This document shows, piece after piece, positions 17,260 through 28,374 of a DNA stretch of 64,000 nt. The notes under the pieces are model-generated. The model saw only the letters and a list, made by a program, of their open reading frames with translations, was not told the origin of the DNA and did no database searches. A program made the position numbers and the translations under genes. The DNA is from Bacillota bacterium (GTDB lineage: Bacteria > Bacillota > UBA4882 > UBA8346). The stretch is from the NCBI GenBank assembly GCA_012728785.1, contig JAAYEK010000151.1, positions 3,096 to 67,095 of the forward strand, in the 5' to 3' direction. How positions within the stretch are numbered: position 1 is the first letter of the stretch; each line of letters starts with the position of its first letter.

Positions 17260-19352
17260 TGATTAACAGACACCACCCCTACAGAATGAACTTCAGCTTC
17301 GGCAACAATTTCGTTATATGAAAGGACAATAATTCTAGCAGCCAATCTTTCCGTCAATTTCCTAAAAGTAAGCCTGACCGCAGGCGAACAAAGGATTACC
17401 GGCTGATATCCCGAAGCAGTCATTTCTTTGATTAATTCACCCAATCGGTCATAAATATTCTGAATCAAACGGGGATCCATCGAGAATCCGCCTGTTTCTT
17501 TAGCTTCTTTTTGAACTTTCATCAATATCTGTTCCAAATTGGGGTCAACTGTTACCACCCGGATAATACCATCGTCAGCCTGAACCATTTTTGTAATTTG
17601 CCTTGCTAAAGACTGACGCACATTTTCCGTTAAATAGTCAAGGTCTTTAGTTAGTGGCGCATGATCCGCCAAAGTCTCCAAAATGGTCACTAAATTTCGA
17701 ACCGGGATGCCTTCTTTTAATAAATTGACTAATACTTTTTGGATTTCGCCAACCGACATCAGATTGGGAATTAACTCATTAACCACAACTGAATATTCTT
17801 CTTTAACGTTGTTAATTAATGACTGAACCTCCTGACGTCCTAACAACTCAAAAGCATGACTCTTAATTATTTCCGTTAAATGAGTGGCTAAGACCGATGG
17901 CGGATCAACCACGGTATACCCGGCAATCTCCGCCTCATCGCGCTGGGCTTCGGTAATCCAAAGAGCCGGTAAACCAAATGCCGGTTCGGTGGTTGGTATC
18001 CCCTCTACCGGTTCGGCAACAATCCCCGGGTCCATTGCTAAATAGTAATTAGGTATTATTTCGCCACTGGCGATTTCAACTCCTTTAATCTTGATCACAT
18101 AAGATGTAGGAGACAACTGCATATTATCGCGAATCCGAATCGGTGGAAGCACCATTCCCAATTCCAACGCGGTTTGACGCCGAATCATGGTCACCCGGTC
18201 AAAAAGGTCGCCCCCTTGATTGGGATCAACCAACGGTATTAAACGATAACCGATCTCCAACTCCATCGGGTCAATTTGCAGTAAAGTATTTACATTTTCA
18301 GGCTTTTGTTCTTCTTCAGCCGCCGGTTCACCCTGGATGGCCATTTCATCGGGAGATTTAAGCTGATTTCTATCTAAATAATAAGCTAAGAAAGCTACTA
18401 TTCCCGCGATGATGAAAAATGGTATTTTCGGCATCCCCGGAATCAAACCGAAAAAAGCGATCATTCCGGAAACAAAGTAGAATATCTTGGGATAAGCCAG
18501 TAATTGCCTGGTTAAGTCTGAACCCAAATTATCCTCGGAAGCGGACCGGGTAACTAAAATGCCGGTAGCAGTTGAAATCAAAAGCGCTGGAACCTGACTG
18601 ACCAAACCGTCCCCTATGGTTAATAAGGAATAAGTTCTCAAGGAATCTTGAATCGTAAATCCCTTTTGAGTAGCTCCAATAACAAACCCGCCGATAATAT
18701 TGATAAACGTAATTAAAATGCCGGCAATAGCATCGCCCTTAACGAATTTACTAGCACCGTCCATAGCGCCGTAAAAGTCAGCTTCCCGCTCAACCTCCCG
18801 CCGTCTGTTCCTGGCATGGTTTTCATCAATTAAACCGGCGTTCAAATCAGCGTCAATACTCATCTGTTTGCCGGGCATTGCATCTAAGGTAAACCTAGCC
18901 GCAACTTCCGCAACCCGTTCCGAACCTTTAGTGATAACCATAAATTGAATGATCGTTAAAATCACAAACATTACAAATCCGACTACATTATTACCCCCCG
19001 CCACAACAGAGCCAAAAGCTTCGATTACCTTACCGGCATTAGCGTCAATTAATATAAGACGGGTTGAGGATACATTTAAGGCCAATCGGAATAAGGTGGT
19101 CAATAGCAACAAAGTTGGAAACACCGAAAATTCGAGACTTTTTTTGACATTCATCGTCAACATTAATATCGCAAAAGCAACACAGATATTAATTGTTAAT
19201 AAAAAATCAAGAACCAATGATGGCAAAGGAATAAGCAACATTGTTAAAATTAGAATAACAATGATAATTACCGAAAGCTCACTAATTTGTAAAAAACGTT
19301 GCGCCATCGAAGGATTTTCCGCCTGGGCCACTACTAAATACCTCTTTCTCAA
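17256..19352 (-). CDS. flhA: Flagellar export gate protein FlhA
   Basis: 698 aa with conserved GAMDGASKFVKGDAIAGI and a cytoplasmic C-domain. The true start may be the internal MAQRF. Confidence 0.95.
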   Translation of the reverse strand: MRKRYLVVAQAENPSMAQRFLQISELSVIIIVILILTMLLIPLPSLVLDFLLTINICVAFAILMLTMNVKKSLEFSVFPTLLLLTTLFRLALNVSSTRLILIDANAGKVIEAFGSVVAGGNNVVGFVMFVILTIIQFMVITKGSERVAEVAARFTLDAMPGKQMSIDADLNAGLIDENHARNRRREVEREADFYGAMDGASKFVKGDAIAGILITFINIIGGFVIGATQKGFTIQDSLRTYSLLTIGDGLVSQVPALLISTATGILVTRSASEDNLGSDLTRQLLAYPKIFYFVSGMIAFFGLIPGMPKIPFFIIAGIVAFLAYYLDRNQLKSPDEMAIQGEPAAEEEQKPENVNTLLQIDPMELEIGYRLIPLVDPNQGGDLFDRVTMIRRQTALELGMVLPPIRIRDNMQLSPTSYVIKIKGVEIASGEIIPNYYLAMDPGIVAEPVEGIPTTEPAFGLPALWITEAQRDEAEIAGYTVVDPPSVLATHLTEIIKSHAFELLGRQEVQSLINNVKEEYSVVVNELIPNLMSVGEIQKVLVNLLKEGIPVRNLVTILETLADHAPLTKDLDYLTENVRQSLARQITKMVQADDGIIRVVTVDPNLEQILMKVQKEAKETGGFSMDPRLIQNIYDRLGELIKEMTASGYQPVILCSPAVRLTFRKLTERLAARIIVLSYNEIVAEAEVHSVGVVSVNQ

Positions 19353-19419
19353 ATGATAGAAATATTACAAAAGCATCTCGAATACAGGAGTCAGGACTCT
19401 TCAAAGCAGACCAACGGCT

Positions 19420-20610
19420 TTACGCATGTTTTCTCTTTAACCGATATACATAAGCGAGAACCTCGGCCACTGCTTGGAAAAGGTTTTCCGGGATTCCCTC
19501 TCCGATATCGACTGCTTTATAGATGGCTTGGGCCAAAGGTTTATTTTCAACCAAAACCACATCATTAGCTGCAGCGATCTCTTTAATTTTCTGAGCGATA
19601 AAACCCTCACCCTTGGCAACCACCACCGGAGCAGCCATTTTTGTAGAATCATAACGTAAAGCGATGGCCAAATGAGTGGGGTTGGTAATTACCACATCAG
19701 CCTTGGGTACATCCTGCATCATACGGCGCATTGCTATTTCGCGCTGACGTTGTCTAATTTTATTCTTAATCTGAGGATTGCCCTCAGTTTGTTTGAATTC
19801 ATCCTTTACTTCACGTTTGGTCATTCTCAAACTCTTCCGAAATTCCCACCGTTGATAGAAATAATCAAATAGCGCCAGTGCTAATAAAAATAGACATATT
19901 TTAACCGCCACTTGATAAATGATCCGCCAAAGAGCCATTGCCACGTCAAAAGGGGATTGACGAAACATGTCTAAAAACAAGAAAAGATGTTCACGAATGG
20001 TTGAATAGGCAAAATAGAATACAATGACTAACTTGATGATTGATTTGAATAATTCCATGAAACCATGCGCGCTGAATAAACGTTGTAAACCGTTGATGGG
20101 ATTCAGCTTGCTAAACTTAGGCCTTAACGGCTCCATGCTAAACATTGGCCCGACTTGGACTAAATTAATTACCAAACCGATAACCAATGCTCCCAATCCC
20201 AACGGCAGAAATAATCTTAAAAAAATCAAGCAATGGCGAAACAATAGATTCCCTAAATTACTATCATTCAGTTCCGTAACTAATTCACCTGGAGAAAGGA
20301 ACTGTTCGATATAGATAACAAACTCTTTATACAACCATTTTCCTAAAAAATTTAATATAATAAAGAGCGCCAATAAAACGACTACCATATTTAATTCGTT
20401 ACTTCGAGGTACTTGTCCTTTTTTACGAGCTTCTTGCTTACGCCGTGGAGTAGCTTCTTCCGTTTTGTCCGGATCTTGAGCGAAAAATTGAAGATCAAAA
20501 GAATAGGACTGCCGCTTACCACCGAAAACCCGAATATTAGCCAGCCGCTTAAGAACGCTAATCAATAAATTAAATAGTAGACTGATAACTACTAATTGTT
20601 CACTATTCAC
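19420..20610 (-). CDS. flhB: Flagellar export switch protein FlhB
   Basis: 396 aa with LQFFAQDPDKTEEATPRRKQEARKKGQV and the autocleavage motif NPTH. The ORF carries an N-terminal extension of about 35 aa, so the start is uncertain. Confidence 0.9.
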   Translation of the reverse strand: MNSEQLVVISLLFNLLISVLKRLANIRVFGGKRQSYSFDLQFFAQDPDKTEEATPRRKQEARKKGQVPRSNELNMVVVLLALFIILNFLGKWLYKEFVIYIEQFLSPGELVTELNDSNLGNLLFRHCLIFLRLFLPLGLGALVIGLVINLVQVGPMFSMEPLRPKFSKLNPINGLQRLFSAHGFMELFKSIIKLVIVFYFAYSTIREHLFLFLDMFRQSPFDVAMALWRIIYQVAVKICLFLLALALFDYFYQRWEFRKSLRMTKREVKDEFKQTEGNPQIKNKIRQRQREIAMRRMMQDVPKADVVITNPTHLAIALRYDSTKMAAPVVVAKGEGFIAQKIKEIAAANDVVLVENKPLAQAIYKAVDIGEGIPENLFQAVAEVLAYVYRLKRKHA

Positions 20611-20623
20611 TGAAATCCCGCCT

Positions 20624-21412
20624 CTAATGAAGGTGCCTTAACATTAAGCGCATCATTTTAAAAGTATCGCCCGAATTGGAAAATGTCGCTTCGATTAAGA
20701 TTACAAAAACCGGGAGAAAAAAGACAATCATCATCATGCCTAAAATAATCTTTACCGGAAAACCGATAATAAACACATTTATTTGGGGAATCAACTTGGC
20801 GATAATTCCCAAAGCAACATTGGACAAAAAAATCGTAGCGATAATCGGGATCGCGATTTTGAACCCATAGTAAAACATATGGGAAAAAGCCATCACAAAA
20901 ACTCCTACTGCTTCCTTCTTAATCCATAACATTCCCGGTTTTATCACTTGATAGCTTTGAATAAAAGAAGAAATAACAGTATGATGGCCATTGATAGCTA
21001 AAAAAATCAATAGCGTCACTATGTAATTGACTTGCCCCATAATCGGCATTTGAGCGCCGGTGGTCGGGTCCAATATATTGACCATCCCGAAACCCATCTC
21101 GACATCAAAAAAATAACCGGCTATTTGAACGGCATATAATGTCAGGTTAATCATAAATCCCATAATTAAACCGGTCAATAATTCTTGAACCAGGGTGAAA
21201 ACAGTCATCCCAAATGTGAATTGATTAAAATCAATATCGCCGACAACAAAAGGAGCCACAACCATCGCCAAACCAAAGGCCACTACAACTTTAACAGGAG
21301 GCGGAATGTTGCGGCTCTGAAAGATGGGCGCAGTCATTATCATTCCTGCAGACCGGGCAAAACAGATTAATATTTGAGAAAAAGTCACGTTGAATATCTG
21401 CTCAAAACTCAA
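20624..21412 (-). CDS. fliR: Flagellar export protein FliR
   Basis: 262 aa polytopic membrane protein in the fliPQR position. Confidence 0.9.
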   Translation of the reverse strand: MSFEQIFNVTFSQILICFARSAGMIMTAPIFQSRNIPPPVKVVVAFGLAMVVAPFVVGDIDFNQFTFGMTVFTLVQELLTGLIMGFMINLTLYAVQIAGYFFDVEMGFGMVNILDPTTGAQMPIMGQVNYIVTLLIFLAINGHHTVISSFIQSYQVIKPGMLWIKKEAVGVFVMAFSHMFYYGFKIAIPIIATIFLSNVALGIIAKLIPQINVFIIGFPVKIILGMMMIVFFLPVFVILIEATFSNSGDTFKMMRLMLRHLH

Positions 21413-21501
21413 ATGCCCTCACCCGCTCTCGTTACTCATCGTTCACCGTTGGTAATTAAACTATCATATTACCAGATACCTATATAGTTAACCTAGGGTA
21501 A

Positions 21502-21777
21502 TTAACGAATAAAAGTAAATTGATTTAAATTTCCAAGAATCTTATCACTAAAAGTTAATAAGGTATGTAACATCCAGGGACCAAAAAAAATTATCGCCGC
21601 CAACACGGCCAAAATTTTCGGAATAAAGGTAAGCGTTTGTTCGTGAATTTGGGTAGTTGCCTGAAAAATACTAATCACAAGACCGACTAACAAACCAACG
21701 CCTAACATCGGGGCGGAAACTAATAATACTGTTGTTAACGCCTCTCTGATTAACGCGACCACAAAGGTATCGGTCAA
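21502..21777 (-). CDS. fliQ: Flagellar export protein FliQ
   Basis: 91 aa with two TM helices; typical FliQ sequence and position. Confidence 0.9.
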   Translation of the reverse strand: MTDTFVVALIREALTTVLLVSAPMLGVGLLVGLVISIFQATTQIHEQTLTFIPKILAVLAAIIFFGPWMLHTLLTFSDKILGNLNQFTFIR

Positions 21778-21927
21778 AAATAATCACAGCCTTTCAGAGA
21801 ATTTATTGATAATGAAATAAACGATTAATTATGGACCTAAACCAAAACATTAATAACCCAAACGACACTTACCTAAGAATAAGAGAAACCAAATTGTCTC
21901 TAAGTTGTACAATACCAACTCCGGAGG

Positions 21928-22710
21928 CTAACCAAAACTTTGTAATAACGACCGGGTGACCAAATGCCAACCGTCTACCATTACGAAGAGTAAAATTTTA
22001 AATGGCAAAGCCACCATCATCGGCGGCAACATCATCATCCCCATGGACATTAGGGTGCTTGCCACAATCATGTCAATCACCAAAAAAGGCACGAATATCA
22101 AAAACCCCATTTGAAAAGCAGTTTTAAGCTCACTAATAATAAAAGCCGGAATCAGCACCTGAGAAGGGATTTCATCGTTGTTTTTGGGACGCTCTATTCG
22201 GGCCGCCTGAATAAAGAGTTTCAAATCTTTGGTTCTGGTTTGTTTGAACATGAAGTCACGAATCGGTCCCATGCCACGCACAAAAGCAGTTTCTTGAGTA
22301 ATCTCTCCTCTAAGAAAAGGTTGTAAGGTTTCGCTGTTTACTACACTCCAGGTCGGCATCATGACAAAAAGGGTTAAAAACAAGGCCAACCCGATTAGCA
22401 CTTGGTTTGGGGGTGTCTGATTAGTCCCGATAGCTGATCGTACAAATGACAACACAATTACAACTCTAATAAATGAGGTAGTCATTATTAAAATTGCCGG
22501 GGCTAACGATATTACTGTTAGTAGAATTAATATTTGCAAACTTTGAGCTATTTCAGTCGGGGTATCGGCAGGCTCAACTCCTACTTGAATTCGGGGGATG
22601 GGGAAAGTAGCCGCTCCTTGGGCTATCCCGGAGAATAACGGCAAAAATATTATACAGATTAATAATATGTAAAAAAACTTAAGCTTATTATACTTTCCCA
22701 TCGTGGTCAC
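21928..22710 (-). CDS. fliP: Flagellar export protein FliP
   Basis: 260 aa with a signal-like N-terminus and conserved FIRVVIVLSF..., GLALFLTLFVMMP. Confidence 0.95.
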   Translation of the reverse strand: MTTMGKYNKLKFFYILLICIIFLPLFSGIAQGAATFPIPRIQVGVEPADTPTEIAQSLQILILLTVISLAPAILIMTTSFIRVVIVLSFVRSAIGTNQTPPNQVLIGLALFLTLFVMMPTWSVVNSETLQPFLRGEITQETAFVRGMGPIRDFMFKQTRTKDLKLFIQAARIERPKNNDEIPSQVLIPAFIISELKTAFQMGFLIFVPFLVIDMIVASTLMSMGMMMLPPMMVALPFKILLFVMVDGWHLVTRSLLQSFG

Positions 22711-23266
22711 GACCTCGTAATTTCCAGGAACGAAGTTTTTCCAACCTCTCCTGTAAACGTTGTTTGCTATCGGACAAATCGTTATCCATTGTTTCCCTGG
22801 AGTTCATGCTATTTACTACTGGAACAATCATCTTTGCAAATCTTCCCGTTGGGGTGTTTTGCCCGGTATCAACCATTTTTAAAAGTTCTTCGTGGAATTG
22901 GTTATCTTCAAATTCTTTGATCAGACTGATACCATGTTCGGTACTGCCTACCAGTAAAACTTTTCCATCAACTAATAATAGATAAAGATGGCGATTGGGT
23001 CCTAAAAGAAGACTCTCTGCCACCTTAATATGTCGTGCTTGAGAAAGGCCGACTCTACCGGCAAGAAATCTGGTCGCCCAATATGCCAACGCCACTACAA
23101 TAATGAGTGAGAAAAAAGACCAAACCCATTGCCCTCCGCCAAATTCCGGTCCGATATCGGTTTCAACTCCAGCTAAGACTCGCCCCGGCAGGAGGAATAG
23201 ACCAGCGCAAAACCATAGCCAGACATTACTCACCCGGAGTATACAGGAATGTTGACGCCAATTCAT
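22688..23266 (-). CDS. fliO: FliO/FliZ-type flagellar biosynthesis protein
   Basis: 192 aa membrane protein between cheY and fliP, where fliZ/fliO sits in Bacillus. The call is based on position and topology. Confidence 0.6.
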   Translation of the reverse strand: MNWRQHSCILRVSNVWLWFCAGLFLLPGRVLAGVETDIGPEFGGGQWVWSFFSLIIVVALAYWATRFLAGRVGLSQARHIKVAESLLLGPNRHLYLLLVDGKVLLVGSTEHGISLIKEFEDNQFHEELLKMVDTGQNTPTGRFAKMIVPVVNSMNSRETMDNDLSDSKQRLQERLEKLRSWKLRGRDHDGKV

Positions 23267-23625
23267 GATAATACTTTGCGGACGGCTTCTAAGACCCGTT
23301 CGGGTTGGAAAGGCTTAACTACAAAATCTTTAGCTCCAGCTTGAATGGCATCGATTACCATTGCTTGTTGCCCCATAGCGCTACACATGATAATCTGAGC
23401 ATCAGCGTCAAGCTTCCTTATTTCCTTAACAGCGGTAATACCATCCATATCCGGCATGGTGATATCCATGGTTACCAAGTCTGGGCGGAGTTCTTTATAC
23501 TTTTCAACCGCTTTGGAACCATCTTCGGCTTCGCCAACTACTTCAAAACCACCCTTGCGTAAAATATCCTTGATCATCATACGCATGAAAGCCGCATCAT
23601 CAACAACTAGTACTTTGTTACCCAC
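23263..23625 (-). CDS. cheY: Chemotaxis response regulator CheY
   Basis: 120 aa single receiver domain (VLVVDDAAFMR, DLVTMDITMPDMDG, VVKPF). Confidence 0.9.
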   Translation of the reverse strand: MGNKVLVVDDAAFMRMMIKDILRKGGFEVVGEAEDGSKAVEKYKELRPDLVTMDITMPDMDGITAVKEIRKLDADAQIIMCSAMGQQAMVIDAIQAGAKDFVVKPFQPERVLEAVRKVLS

Positions 23626-23646
23626 CAGAAATTCCTCCTTTAGGAA

Positions 23647-24840
23647 TTATTGAAGTGTATTTGCTCTTTCGAGCGGGCTAATAATATCGGTAATCTTGAT
23701 GCCAAAGTTTTCATCAATAACCACTACTTCACCTTTGGCGATCATCTTGCCATTGACGTAGACATCCACTGGATCTCCCGCCAATTTATCCAGTTCTATG
23801 ATGGAACCGATGCCCAGGTCTAAAATATCTTTGATTTTCATTCTGGTTCCACCTAATTCCACAGTAACCTGTAACGGGACATCTAGAATTAATCCAATAT
23901 TGCCGGTCTCTTTACCGGTCTTGCCATTTCCAATAGGTCCGAATTGAGCGGGTTGTACCATCACCGGCGATCTAACCTCCGTTCTATTATAACTGTAATT
24001 AACTGGAGCCGGTGTAGGAGCCGTATTTACAGGTTGAGTATTGGTAACCGGTTCCATAACTGGCTGGCTCGGTTGTGGTGGAATTGGTTGTTGAAATTCG
24101 GGAGTTTCAACCGAATTCACCCGGGCTGGAACTTCTTCAACGACAGGCGCAACACTTTCTGTTACCAAAGTAGTAGCTACCTGTGTTTCCTCGATTAATT
24201 TATCAGCCAACTCAATCGCCAAATCATAAGAAATAACCAACATCAATTCGCTGTCAACCAAACCATCAATTTGCAACTTAAACGATACAACTACTATTTG
24301 ATTGTCTAAATCAACATCACGGATAATTGATTCGCTATCTGATGCTAAGTCTACCACTTTAATTCGGGGTGGATCCACATCAATACGTTGCCGAAATAAA
24401 GTGGATAGCGAAGTGGCGGCATTGCCGACCATTTGATTCATGGATTCTCCCACTGCGCTTAATTCGAGCTGTTCTAATGTTTGTTTTGGATTTGAGCCAT
24501 CTTTTCCCATCATTAGATCGGCGATGACTAACGCGTCACTTACTTTTAAAATCAGAACATTACTGCCTGTCAATCCCTTTTTATAATCCACTTCCACCAA
24601 AACATAGGGGACTGGATGCTGTTCCTTTAGTGCTTTTTGGGTCGATAATATTACTGTAGGAGTATCAATTATCACCCGTTTGTTCAATAACTCCGATAAC
24701 GCGGTCGACGCCGTCCCATAACTAATGTTACCGATCTCCCCCAGTGCATCAGTTTGCATTGGGGTTAGTTGTGAAGAATCACCCTCATCGCCTTTGAGTA
24801 GGGCATTGATTTCTTCCTGGGTAAGAATCTGTCGATCCAT
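23647..24840 (-). CDS. fliY: Flagellar switch protein FliY (CheC-like N-domain plus FliN C-domain)
   Basis: 397 aa. N-terminal [10 protein letters not shown] peptide, CheC-like [16 protein letters not shown], a Pro-rich linker, and a C-terminal FliN/SpoA domain. Confidence 0.85.
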   Translation of the reverse strand: MDRQILTQEEINALLKGDEGDSSQLTPMQTDALGEIGNISYGTASTALSELLNKRVIIDTPTVILSTQKALKEQHPVPYVLVEVDYKKGLTGSNVLILKVSDALVIADLMMGKDGSNPKQTLEQLELSAVGESMNQMVGNAATSLSTLFRQRIDVDPPRIKVVDLASDSESIIRDVDLDNQIVVVSFKLQIDGLVDSELMLVISYDLAIELADKLIEETQVATTLVTESVAPVVEEVPARVNSVETPEFQQPIPPQPSQPVMEPVTNTQPVNTAPTPAPVNYSYNRTEVRSPVMVQPAQFGPIGNGKTGKETGNIGLILDVPLQVTVELGGTRMKIKDILDLGIGSIIELDKLAGDPVDVYVNGKMIAKGEVVVIDENFGIKITDIISPLERANTLQ

Positions 24841-24847
24841 GAACCTC

Positions 24848-25828
24848 TCACCCCTCCCGAACTATCTTTCCTATTTGAACCGCCACCCGATTTTCGGATA
24901 CCCCGGGTGTGCCTTGAAATTTCACCTGATTGCCGATTTTAATATCCAAAAGACCTTTAACATATTGGTCAAGTTGAATTACATCACCGACTTTGATAGT
25001 TAACATCTCCCCAACCGTAACATTTGCTTTTCCTAATTCTACTGTAACCGGCACTTGAGCTTGGTTTAGCCGATGCTGAATGTTGGCAATACTTTGGGCG
25101 GTGGATGGCTTAGTAGCCTTAGCGAACCATATTTGAGCGTTCAAACGGTCTAAAATTGGTTCAATCACCGCAAATGGCAGACAAATATTCATGAGTCCAA
25201 AAGCTTCGGCAATTCTAAGTTCCAAAGTTATCAAAACCACCATGTCGGAGAGAGGGATGATCTGAGTAAACATCGGATTCAACTCGATCGATTCCAATAC
25301 TGGGTTTAATTCCGCAACCACTTGCCATACTTCTTTGATATTGGGAAAAATCCGATTCATTACCCGCTTAACCACAGTTTGTTCGATATCGGTAAGTTCC
25401 CTGATCTTTTCCATTGAATAACCATAACCGCCCAATAAACGATCGACCATGGCAAAAGCCAAATGAGGAGATATTTCGATAATAGCGTTTCCTTCCAGCG
25501 GTTTCATAGACATAATCGTCATTACTGTCGGGTTATGTAAGCTCTTGGTAAACTCCTCATAGGTTAATTGGTCAATTGATACCACCTGGGCCCTAACCAT
25601 ACTCCGTAAGTAAGTCGATAATGAAGTTGTCAGTAGCCGGGCAAAGTTTTCATGCAACATTACCAAAGTCCGTAACTGGTCCTTAGAAAGCTTATTTGGC
25701 CGACGAAAATCATAGGGCTTGACTTTACGCTTTTTTTCTTCGGATATTACTTCGTCAGCCTTAATACTTCCAGATGATAAGGCCTCTAATAGGGCATCTA
25801 TTTCTGATTGCGATAGAACTTCAGCCAC
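24848..25828 (-). CDS. fliM: Flagellar switch protein FliM
   Basis: 326 aa with the N-terminal CheY-P binding peptide [10 protein letters not shown]. Confidence 0.9.
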   Translation of the reverse strand: MAEVLSQSEIDALLEALSSGSIKADEVISEEKKRKVKPYDFRRPNKLSKDQLRTLVMLHENFARLLTTSLSTYLRSMVRAQVVSIDQLTYEEFTKSLHNPTVMTIMSMKPLEGNAIIEISPHLAFAMVDRLLGGYGYSMEKIRELTDIEQTVVKRVMNRIFPNIKEVWQVVAELNPVLESIELNPMFTQIIPLSDMVVLITLELRIAEAFGLMNICLPFAVIEPILDRLNAQIWFAKATKPSTAQSIANIQHRLNQAQVPVTVELGKANVTVGEMLTIKVGDVIQLDQYVKGLLDIKIGNQVKFQGTPGVSENRVAVQIGKIVREG

Positions 25829-25843
25829 AGCCGGAAGTACCCC

Positions 25844-26338
25844 CTACTGAATAATAAAATCCTGAAAATAGATATTACGAACCTTCCCAATTGTCATTAG
25901 TTCATTAATACTATTAATAATTTCGCTGCGAACTTGGTCTTTCCCTTCTTTTTCAATAATATTCTCTTTGGTTTTTGAACCTAAAATATTAATGATTAAG
26001 TCTCGAATTTGCGGAACTCGCTTGGTAACTTCCGCCACGGTCTTCTCGTCGCTATCCAATTCAAGCACTATATTTGTTTTTAAGAAATGTTCCATTCCCT
26101 CTTCGGAACAAATATTTACCAAAATATCATTACCTAGACTAATGACCGGACCCATTTCCCGGGCTTGTTTGAGAACAATTTTAGTTGTAGGAGCGTTTGT
26201 CTGTTTCAAAGTAATGATAATAAAGGTTCCAAAAAAAATAGTTGTCACTAGGAACGAAAAAATACCTATAAAAATTACTGCTTTATTATTATTAATAATG
26301 CTACTCTTAGGATTATTTTTAGTTACTTCTTCGGCCAT
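25844..26338 (-). CDS. fliL: Flagellar basal-body associated protein FliL
   Basis: 164 aa with a single TM helix and a FliL-like C-domain; upstream of fliM. Confidence 0.8.
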   Translation of the reverse strand: MAEEVTKNNPKSSIINNNKAVIFIGIFSFLVTTIFFGTFIIITLKQTNAPTTKIVLKQAREMGPVISLGNDILVNICSEEGMEHFLKTNIVLELDSDEKTVAEVTKRVPQIRDLIINILGSKTKENIIEKEGKDQVRSEIINSINELMTIGKVRNIYFQDFIIQ

Positions 26339-26355
26339 CTATAGATACCTCCCAA

Positions 26356-27111
26356 TCAGTTATTACCATCAATACCTGGTTTTTTTATCACATTAACCGC
26401 GTTGTTTTTAGCCAATCCGGTAATAATTACAATATCCACTCTCCGGTTTCGGGCCCGATTTTCTTCACTATCATTCTTAATTAAAGGATGGTATTGCCCA
26501 TATCCGGCTACGGATATTCTTTCCGGTTCAAAACCGACTCTGTTTATTAAAAACTTGGTGACATTTATGGCCCGAATGGCAGACAGCTCCCAGTTAGAAG
26601 GAAATTGAGAGCTTCTAATCGGCAAGTCGCAAGTATGCCCTTCGATTCGTAGTGGATATCTTCTCTCTTTTAAAATTTTTCCAACACCCTCCAGGATCAC
26701 CTCGGCATCAGGCATTATTTGGGCTGAACCTATTTTGAAAAAAAGTTTTTCTTTAAAACTAATCGTGATACCTCTCTCCGTAATGGTTACTTCTGCTTGT
26801 CCCTTCCATTTAGTATCGTCAATTACTCTTTTAATATCTTGAAACAATTGCTCTATTTGTCGCTGTTGGATTATGGGAGCGTCAAAAACCGATACATTTC
26901 CCTGTAAGACACCGCCGGCCCCACCGAAGGCCGAACGCATTGATAATTGCACTTGTTCGTATTTTTTGGCGTCAATGCTGGAAAAAGCGAATAACGCCAC
27001 GAAAAAACAAAGTACCAAAGTTACCATATCGCCATAGGTGACATTCCATAACGGCGCCCCAGGCGCCGGTTCCTCCGGTTTCTTTTTAAGCAATTGATCT
27101 CGCCCTTTCAT
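26356..27111 (-). CDS. motB: Stator protein MotB
   Basis: 251 aa. N-terminal WNVTYGDMVTLVLCFFV plug/TM segment and an OmpA-like C-domain (NRARNRRVDIVI). Confidence 0.85.
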   Translation of the reverse strand: MKGRDQLLKKKPEEPAPGAPLWNVTYGDMVTLVLCFFVALFAFSSIDAKKYEQVQLSMRSAFGGAGGVLQGNVSVFDAPIIQQRQIEQLFQDIKRVIDDTKWKGQAEVTITERGITISFKEKLFFKIGSAQIMPDAEVILEGVGKILKERRYPLRIEGHTCDLPIRSSQFPSNWELSAIRAINVTKFLINRVGFEPERISVAGYGQYHPLIKNDSEENRARNRRVDIVIITGLAKNNAVNVIKKPGIDGNN

Positions 27112-27889
27112 CCCGGTCAGACCGGTCAGTTTTAAGATGCGACCGCTGGCTTGGAGATAAGAATGCCTTTAACTTTTCTTCCACAATCCTAGGATTTTCA
27201 CCGGCCTGGATCGACAAGATTCCTTCAATCATTATTTGCCGCAAAAACATTTCCTCTCCGCTACGCTTAGAGAGTTTCCCGGCAGCCGGAGTACATACCA
27301 AATTGGCCCAAAGGGCCCCATAGAAAGTTGTTATCAAAGCCACACCCATTTTAGGGCCGATAGTCGCGACATCATCAAGAGTAGACAGCATTTGAATCAA
27401 GCCGATAACAGTTCCGATCATCCCAAAACCCGGCGCTAAAGCAGCCCAGGATTCAAAGAAGGACCTAATGGATTTGTGGCGTTCTTCCATAAATGATAAT
27501 TCAATCTCAAGAATATTACGGACTAATTCAGGATCAGTTCCGTCTACAATCAATTGAATCCCTTTTTTTAAAAAAGCGTCGTTTGAATGTTGAATTTCAT
27601 CTTCTAATGCTAACAAACCTTCACGTCTGGCTTTTTTTGCAAATCCAACAATCTCTTCAATTGTTCCTTCAGTATCCAACTGTTTAGCAAAAAAAAGATG
27701 CTTCAAAGCTCTTGCGCTTTCTTTAAAGGTAATAAACGGATAGTTGACCAGCATTGCCATAATGGAACCGCCAAAGGTAATAAACATTGACGGCGGATCC
27801 ACAAAACCCATCAACGGTCCATTGGCCGCAATTCCTGTCGCCAATAACACAAGTCCGCCAACTAGCCCTATTATAGTTGATAACTCCAT
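27086..27889 (-). CDS. motA: Stator protein MotA
   Basis: 267 aa MotA/TolQ/ExbB-type channel protein, overlapping the motB start. Confidence 0.9.
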   Translation of the reverse strand: MELSTIIGLVGGLVLLATGIAANGPLMGFVDPPSMFITFGGSIMAMLVNYPFITFKESARALKHLFFAKQLDTEGTIEEIVGFAKKARREGLLALEDEIQHSNDAFLKKGIQLIVDGTDPELVRNILEIELSFMEERHKSIRSFFESWAALAPGFGMIGTVIGLIQMLSTLDDVATIGPKMGVALITTFYGALWANLVCTPAAGKLSKRSGEEMFLRQIMIEGILSIQAGENPRIVEEKLKAFLSPSQRSHLKTDRSDRDERARSIA

Positions 27890-27901
27890 CCAACCATCAC
27901 C

Positions 27902-28111
27902 TCAAGTTGTACCCTTAAACTCGAAAAACTTTTCTCCGATCGTTTTACGGTACTTTATTATTTTTGCAACCACTTCGGTGACAGGTTCCTTTATAATCAA
28001 TTGTTTACCGGTGCTCAGAGTAATCACCGTATCCGGAGTGGCTTCAATTGTCTCGATTAAGTGGGGATTAAGCCAAAATTCCTTATTATTCAGTCGTTTA
28101 ATGGAAATCAT
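27902..28111 (-). CDS. flbD: Flagellar protein FlbD
   Basis: The ATG at 28111 is preceded by GGAGG. Product MISIKRLNNKEFWLNPHLIETIEATPDTVITL... is typical FlbD. The longer ORF to 28309 lacks support. Confidence 0.8.
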   Translation of the reverse strand: MISIKRLNNKEFWLNPHLIETIEATPDTVITLSTGKQLIIKEPVTEVVAKIIKYRKTIGEKFFEFKGTT

Positions 28112-28374
28112 TTTTAATCCTCCACGAATACCATTGATTATCATCCGTAATAAAGCTGGTTTATAGTCTATATATCGTCTGTAAATCCATTTTCTTTTAG
28201 CCTTGAATGATGAATAAGCTAAAAAAATTGAATTTAATGTTGTTTTAAACTGTCTAATATATCTTAAACCAGCGTCAAAAGGAGAATCTCGACCAATTGT
28301 TAATTTCATGTAAAACTTTCCTATTTTTTATTAAACTAGGGGAAGAATATTCCTTCCCCTAATTTAAGTCATCA

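Noticed and set aside
28112-28309. N-terminal extensions proposed by the ORF track for flbD (to 28309), the HAD hydrolase (to 45526), the racemase-like gene (to 55213), the CBM-like gene (to 58321) and the secreted protein (to 48647)
   Set aside because: In each case an internal ATG with a good Shine-Dalgarno gives the family-typical N-terminus, and the extension overlaps the upstream gene or is unlike the family.
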